Assembly (NCBI GenBank): GCA_944332225.1
Contig: CALVJO010000003.1
Location: forward strand, 12,482-76,481
Direction of reading: 5' to 3'
Length of the DNA stretch: 64,000 bases
Origin: an uncultured Bacilli bacterium
GTDB taxonomy: Bacteria; Bacillota_I; Bacilli_A; RFN20; CAG-449
Position 1 is the first letter of the stretch; each line of letters begins with the position of its first letter. The position numbers and the translations under genes were made by a program. The notes under the pieces are model-generated. The model was not told the DNA's origin. It worked only from the letters and a program-made list of their open reading frames with translations, and did no database searches. Shown here one piece after another: positions 59,453-64,000 of this stretch.

Positions 59453-60580
59453 CTATATCTTACATTCTCTAATCGCTACATCGACGCCTTTTAAGGTATG
59501 GACTACGATATTTTGATTATTTCCTTTCATTTTAAACCAAAGTAAGCCAGAGATAACTACGTCACAATATTCATTTGGTAAAGTGATTGAGTGACTTTGT
59601 AAATCACTTACTTCTTTAACATTTCGATCTAATAATTTAAATTGCTTATTCTTAATTAAGTTATTAAATATTTGATCTGATTTTTCCATTTTAGAACGTC
59701 TAACTTCTAAATCATTAGACATGAATAAAATTATATTTCCTCCGTTTTTAAAGTCAATCTTAGCTAGATTATTAACAATTAAAGATTGATTATCTCTAAG
59801 CTGATAAACTTTAGGTTTAATCGTCTTTCTAGGAAGAACATATTTTAATAATTTACGGTCGATATGATTGAAGATTGAGGTCTCAATCATCACCCCTGGA
59901 GTGTCATAGATATATGAATCATCCCCTAAAGGAACTTTAATCACATTTAAGGTAGTTTGAGGATATGGAGAGGTGGTAATCATCTGGCTAGTCTTATTCT
60001 TAAACACTTTTAAGAAAGCGTTAACTAACGATGATTTTCCGACGCTGACGGCTCCAAAGAGATAGACATCTTTAGAGTTTCTTAAAGAGTTAAATGATTC
60101 GATAATCTCTTCGATATTATAATTATTGACAGCTGAGGAAACTTCTATTTTTAAAGGATGAATTCCTAAATCTAAGAGACGATATTCAACGAATTTAATT
60201 AACTTTTCATCCTTTACCGAAAGAGGAATAACATCTCTCTTTGAACAAATTATCGCGACTCGACAGTCCTTAATTAAATCTAAAATCGAATGAATTAGAG
60301 AGCAATCAAAGGCGAATAAATCAACGACATAGACAATTAAGGCATCATCTTTTTTAGCTTGCTCGATTATCTTTTTATAGTCTTGAGAATAATGAATGTC
60401 TTCATATGCTTCTCCATAATGCTGCAATCTAAAGCACCTTTGACATAGAAAGTTAGATTTTGTTTCTAATTTCTTAGGAACGAATCCTGGTTTTGAAGGA
60501 TCATCATTTTGAAGCAATACCCCGCATCCTGGACAATATAGTTTAATAAATTCATTCTTAGCCATTTGACACCTCCACAC
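59453..60580 (-). CDS. yqeH: Ribosome biogenesis GTPase YqeH (circularly permuted, N-terminal zinc ribbon)
   Basis: CPGCG...CQRCFRL zinc ribbon, G4-G1-G3 order (GAVSVGKSSLVNA downstream of the SKRD region). Confidence 0.8.
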   Translation of the reverse strand: MWRCQMAKNEFIKLYCPGCGVLLQNDDPSKPGFVPKKLETKSNFLCQRCFRLQHYGEAYEDIHYSQDYKKIIEQAKKDDALIVYVVDLFAFDCSLIHSILDLIKDCRVAIICSKRDVIPLSVKDEKLIKFVEYRLLDLGIHPLKIEVSSAVNNYNIEEIIESFNSLRNSKDVYLFGAVSVGKSSLVNAFLKVFKNKTSQMITTSPYPQTTLNVIKVPLGDDSYIYDTPGVMIETSIFNHIDRKLLKYVLPRKTIKPKVYQLRDNQSLIVNNLAKIDFKNGGNIILFMSNDLEVRRSKMEKSDQIFNNLIKNKQFKLLDRNVKEVSDLQSHSITLPNEYCDVVISGLLWFKMKGNNQNIVVHTLKGVDVAIRECKI

Positions 60581-61082
60581 TTTTCAAATAACCTTTTTTC
60601 CTTAAATGATTACGAATCGGTCTATCGATGAGACGATTGAATCTCGTCGTCCATTGGTCTTTTTTCGATATTGGCTCAGTTAACATCACCTCAATATTCG
60701 CATTTTTCCCGCATAGGACGTCGGTTAATAACTGATCCCCTACTAATATGATTTCACTCTTTCCATAAGGTAAAGATTCAATGAAATTATTGATTCTTTT
60801 TTTAAACGGCTTACGGGTTGAAAATAAAGATTTTACCCCGAGTCTCTGCGCATAGATTTGTTTGTTTTTCGCTTTATTGTTTGAAATAATTATAAGCTCA
60901 ATTCCATTAGATTCTAAATTATTTTTTAAATCTATCACTCTTTGAGAAGGATTTAAGACATCATATTGGTCTAAAGTATTATCTAAATCACAAAATACGC
61001 ACTTTTTTTGATGTTTTAAAAGAAAAGATACGTCTAAGTCAAATATGCTATTTATATAATAGTTTGGAATAAATTTTTTCAT
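60558..61082 (-). CDS. HAD phosphatase YqeG family
   Basis: CVFCDLDNTL motif I, GDQLLTDV motif IV. First gene of the yqeG-yqeH... operon. Confidence 0.7.
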   Translation of the reverse strand: MKKFIPNYYINSIFDLDVSFLLKHQKKCVFCDLDNTLDQYDVLNPSQRVIDLKNNLESNGIELIIISNNKAKNKQIYAQRLGVKSLFSTRKPFKKRINNFIESLPYGKSEIILVGDQLLTDVLCGKNANIEVMLTEPISKKDQWTTRFNRLIDRPIRNHLRKKGYLKSVEVSNG

Positions 61083-61124
61083 AATTTAATAATATCACAT
61101 TGTAAGATCAAATAATATAGGCTA

Positions 61125-63701
61125 TTAATCATCATCACCGAAATAATCATAATATGAATATTCGACATGATTATCCTCATCCTTTTTACTATCTTTTTTA
61201 TTCAAAACTTCCGTTACTTTCTTTACTTTTGTATCTTCATCGATTCTTACGATACCATCAAGAGAATAATCTAATATAGGATCATTAGATATCAGCGATA
61301 AAGTATTGCTTCTAAGCATTGTCTTCAACGGCTTAGAATCGATCTTATTTAAGTCAATTTTATCTCTTACTTTATTTTGTAAAACCACATCAAGATGGTC
61401 TTTATTCGTGCCATCAATCACCCCTAAACAAGTAACTGGTTTTGATTTGAAGGTGCTAAATAATTGATCTTTGCTACCAGTTCTTGAAGATAGAGTTAAT
61501 TTATCTGAGGTTACTTTAATCATCGATTGCTCTTTAGCTAAGACATATAAAGGAGTCTTTTTACTTTCTTCTAAGATAATTAAAGAAATTAAATAAGCAT
61601 TTTCTTGTAAGCGAGAAAGTGCCTTAACTCCTCCAGCTTTTGTCGACATAGGAGATAATTCATTTTCAGAATAAAGACAAGAATAACCATCTGACGATAC
61701 CACGAGAAGGTTATTATCCCCATAAGTCAATCCAGCTTGAATGAGCTCATCTTCTTTATCTAAGCTGAAGGCTTTTGCTGTTCTAGCTATACGGTTCGTG
61801 GCAAATTCAGTGATTGAAGTTTTCTTAATCTTTCCGTTTTTAGAAAGCATGGTAAGGAAAACTCCTTCTTTTAAATCAGAATAAGCAAAACCAAATACTA
61901 TTTTTTCATTGTTACCTAAGGCTCCAATTTCATTAATATGCTTTCCTTGTTCCTTCCATTTAGTCTCAGGAATCTTAAACACTGGAATAGAAAGATAATT
62001 ACCCAAAGAGGTTATAAGCATTAAATTATCTGTTGAATAAACCTTGCCCCCACCTCTTAATACATCAAGATCTTTGAGTCCAGGTAAAACTTCAGGATTA
62101 TATGATTTTAAGGAAGTTTTCTTTAAATAGCCATCTCTAGTAAAGGCAACAAATACCTCTTCCTTGGTCACTAAAGCCTTTAAATCTACCTTTAAATCAA
62201 GCTCTTCATCGAGGAAAGTAGTCATTCTAGGTGTATTAAATTTAGCCTTAATTTGCTTTAAATCCGCTGAAATAATTGAATTTACTTTATCTTCAGAGCT
62301 TAAGATGTTCTTACATTCGCTAATCTTATTTTTTAAATCATTAGATTCTTGAATTAATGTTGTGACATCAGTATTAGACAAACGATATAGTTGTAAATTC
62401 AATAAGGCTTCAGCTTGTCTTTCAGTAAATCCAAAGCGAGATATTAAGTTCTCTCTTGATTCAGATTTATCTTTAGAACTTCTAATTGTTTTAATTACTT
62501 CATCAATTATTGAAGTAGCTTTAATTAAGCCTTCTACAACGTGCAATCTATCTTCATACTTATCTAAATCGAATTTAGTTCTTCTTAAGATAACATCTTT
62601 TTGATGTTCAATATAACAATCAATTGCCTCAAGTAAGTTAACAGTATGAGGTCGATTATGGTCAATAACTAATAAATTAACCTTGATTGACGCGGTTAAT
62701 ACCCCTTTAGAAATAATAAACTTCTTAAGCTCATTTAAGTCAGTTGATTCATTAACTTCAATGACAATCCTTAATCCTTTTTTATCAGTTTCATCGCGAA
62801 TATCATTAATTGCATCTAAGTTTGCCGAAACTCTTAATTTAGCTAATTCTCTTACTAACGAACGCTTTTCGATGCCGTAAGGAATCTGATCGATAACTAT
62901 ATTATGATTATTCTTATCATCTTCTAAAAATACATGGCACATCAATCTGATGATGCCCTTGCCAGTTTTATAGATATTAGGAATATCAGATCTATTTAAA
63001 ATTTGCCCTCCAGTTGGGAAATCCGGGCCTTGAATAAATGATAAAAGATCATCAACTTGGCATCTTTTATGATGAATTCTATAGATGATCGCATCAATAA
63101 CTTCGCCTAAATTATGAGGTGGAATATCAGTTGAGGCTCCAACGGCAACACCTTGAGAACCATTTACTAAAAGATTAGGAAATCTAGATGGTAAAACTAT
63201 TGGTTCTAACTCTACATCATCGAAGTTAAGTTCCATATCGACTGTATCTTTATTTAAGTCGCGAATCATCTCTTCGGATATCTCGGCAAGTCTAGCTTCC
63301 GTGTAACGATAATGAGCTGGCCCATCGCCATCGATGTTACCATTATTCCCTTGGAAAACTATTAAAGGAATTCTCATCTTCCAGTTTTGAGATAATCTAA
63401 CCATCGCATCATAAACTGAAGCATCACCATGAGGATGGAATCTACCGATAACCGCGCCGACGGTACGCGCGCATTTTCTAGTTGGTTTTGAGGCAATATT
63501 ACCCTCAAGATACATCGTATAGATAATTCTTCGTTGAACCGGTTTTAAGCCATCTCTAACATCAGGAACTGCTCTTTCTTGAAGAACATATTTAGAATAA
63601 CGGCCAAATCCAGTTGATAAAATTTCATCTATATCCTGCTGAACAATATTCTCAACAATATTTTCTTCTATTGACGATTTATTTTTTTTAGCCATTTGCA
63701 T
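61125..63701 (-). CDS. parC: DNA topoisomerase IV subunit A
   Basis: FGRYSKYVLQERAVPDVRDGLKPVQRR (ParC-type, compare B. subtilis ParC FGRYSKYIIQDRALPD...PVQRR), active-site region AHYRYTEARL, IRSSKDK...FTERQAEALLNLQLYRLSNTD, KWKEQGKH. Acidic tail. Confidence 0.85.
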   Translation of the reverse strand: MQMAKKNKSSIEENIVENIVQQDIDEILSTGFGRYSKYVLQERAVPDVRDGLKPVQRRIIYTMYLEGNIASKPTRKCARTVGAVIGRFHPHGDASVYDAMVRLSQNWKMRIPLIVFQGNNGNIDGDGPAHYRYTEARLAEISEEMIRDLNKDTVDMELNFDDVELEPIVLPSRFPNLLVNGSQGVAVGASTDIPPHNLGEVIDAIIYRIHHKRCQVDDLLSFIQGPDFPTGGQILNRSDIPNIYKTGKGIIRLMCHVFLEDDKNNHNIVIDQIPYGIEKRSLVRELAKLRVSANLDAINDIRDETDKKGLRIVIEVNESTDLNELKKFIISKGVLTASIKVNLLVIDHNRPHTVNLLEAIDCYIEHQKDVILRRTKFDLDKYEDRLHVVEGLIKATSIIDEVIKTIRSSKDKSESRENLISRFGFTERQAEALLNLQLYRLSNTDVTTLIQESNDLKNKISECKNILSSEDKVNSIISADLKQIKAKFNTPRMTTFLDEELDLKVDLKALVTKEEVFVAFTRDGYLKKTSLKSYNPEVLPGLKDLDVLRGGGKVYSTDNLMLITSLGNYLSIPVFKIPETKWKEQGKHINEIGALGNNEKIVFGFAYSDLKEGVFLTMLSKNGKIKKTSITEFATNRIARTAKAFSLDKEDELIQAGLTYGDNNLLVVSSDGYSCLYSENELSPMSTKAGGVKALSRLQENAYLISLIILEESKKTPLYVLAKEQSMIKVTSDKLTLSSRTGSKDQLFSTFKSKPVTCLGVIDGTNKDHLDVVLQNKVRDKIDLNKIDSKPLKTMLRSNTLSLISNDPILDYSLDGIVRIDEDTKVKKVTEVLNKKDSKKDEDNHVEYSYYDYFGDDD

Positions 63702-64000
63702 TCTCCTTCTTTATTTTCTGAAAGTCGCTTTTATCAGAGAAATCAATGTTTTCGTTAATCCATTTTTGTCTTCTAGAAGCATCTTTTCCCATGAATAGCT
63801 CAATCATATCTCCAGCAGTTACCAAATCGTTAATTGTTATTTGAATCAATCTTCGATTATGAGGATCCATCGTAGTAGTCCAAAGTTGTTCAGGATTCAT
63901 CTCACCTAATCCTTTATATCTAGAGATAACATATCCTGCACCTATTTTCTTTCTTGCTTTATCTAAATCTTCATCGTTCCAACAAAATTCTTCAACTTCC
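63688..64000 (-). CDS. parE: DNA topoisomerase IV subunit B, C-terminal fragment (gene continues beyond window end)
   Basis: MNPEQLWTTTMDPHNRRL...LFMGKDASRRQKWINEN is the conserved GyrB/ParE C-terminus. Frame stays open to nt 64000. Overlaps the parC start. Confidence 0.75.
   Translation of the reverse strand, partial: EVEEFCWNDEDLDKARKKIGAGYVISRYKGLGEMNPEQLWTTTMDPHNRRLIQITINDLVTAGDMIELFMGKDASRRQKWINENIDFSDKSDFQKIKKENANG

Noticed and set aside
61125-63701. LRGGGKV near residue 553 resembles a GyrA box (QRRGGKG), which suggests the 858-aa protein could be GyrA rather than ParC.
   Set aside because: The N-terminal FGRYSKY-V/I-xQ-E/D-RA-xPD and PVQRR motifs, and many other blocks, match ParC rather than GyrA (YLDYAMSVI...PVHRR). 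The match to the box is partial. The location is far from any dnaA-gyrB context.
1-64000. Scanned for tRNA/rRNA genes, CRISPR repeats and IS/transposase ORFs.
   Set aside because: No GC-rich cloverleaf-like islands with a GTTCGAATC-type T-arm, no regularly spaced direct repeats, and no transposase-like ORFs were found by eye.

Overview
AT-rich window (roughly 27-30% GC by eye) read in the standard genetic code: UGA acts as a stop and long ORFs are intact. Coding density is high. Gene content and synteny match the Firmicutes backbones rplU-ysxB-rpmA-obg, ruvAB-secDF-recJ, yqhY-nusB-xseAB-recN and yqeG-yqeH-yhbY-nadD/yqeK-rsfS. No murein genes accompany mraZ-rsmH or ftsA-ftsZ, so the source is probably a wall-less Acholeplasma-like Mollicute or relative that does not use code 4. 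This is inferred from the sequence alone. Positions 1-56380 are all transcribed on the + strand and 57025-64000 all on the - strand. These converge on a 645-bp AT-rich non-coding region that carries clustered polar 9-mer repeats and a dif-like site. A Xer-type tyrosine recombinase, ParC/ParE and (further left) FtsK lie nearby, so I infer the replication terminus is here. The window starts inside a capsule/exopolysaccharide locus (Wzz, BY-kinase, PHP phosphatase, GH2, GT2, Glf). The rest is housekeeping: tig, lon, engB, valS, radC, obg, ftsA/Z, pheST, thyX, ftsK, pulA, leuS, recN, dinB, deoB, mtnN. The most unusual segment is 38.7-46.6 kb. It holds a translationally coupled three-gene cassette, 469 aa + 207 aa + 1118 aa. 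The last is a MukB/JetC-like SMC ATPase with N-terminal Walker A and a C-terminal signature, Walker B and D-loop. The cassette lacks the JetD/MksG Toprim nuclease of Wadjet. Two uncharacterised membrane proteins follow it and a tail-less SSB-like OB-fold protein precedes it. Other notable items are a 57-aa double-glycine-leader peptide directly upstream of radC whose SD is built into the valS terminator hairpin, an L27 with the Prp-cleavable N-extension, and strong over-representation of CCGCGG in this AT-rich DNA. No rRNA, tRNA, CRISPR, IS or transposase was seen.
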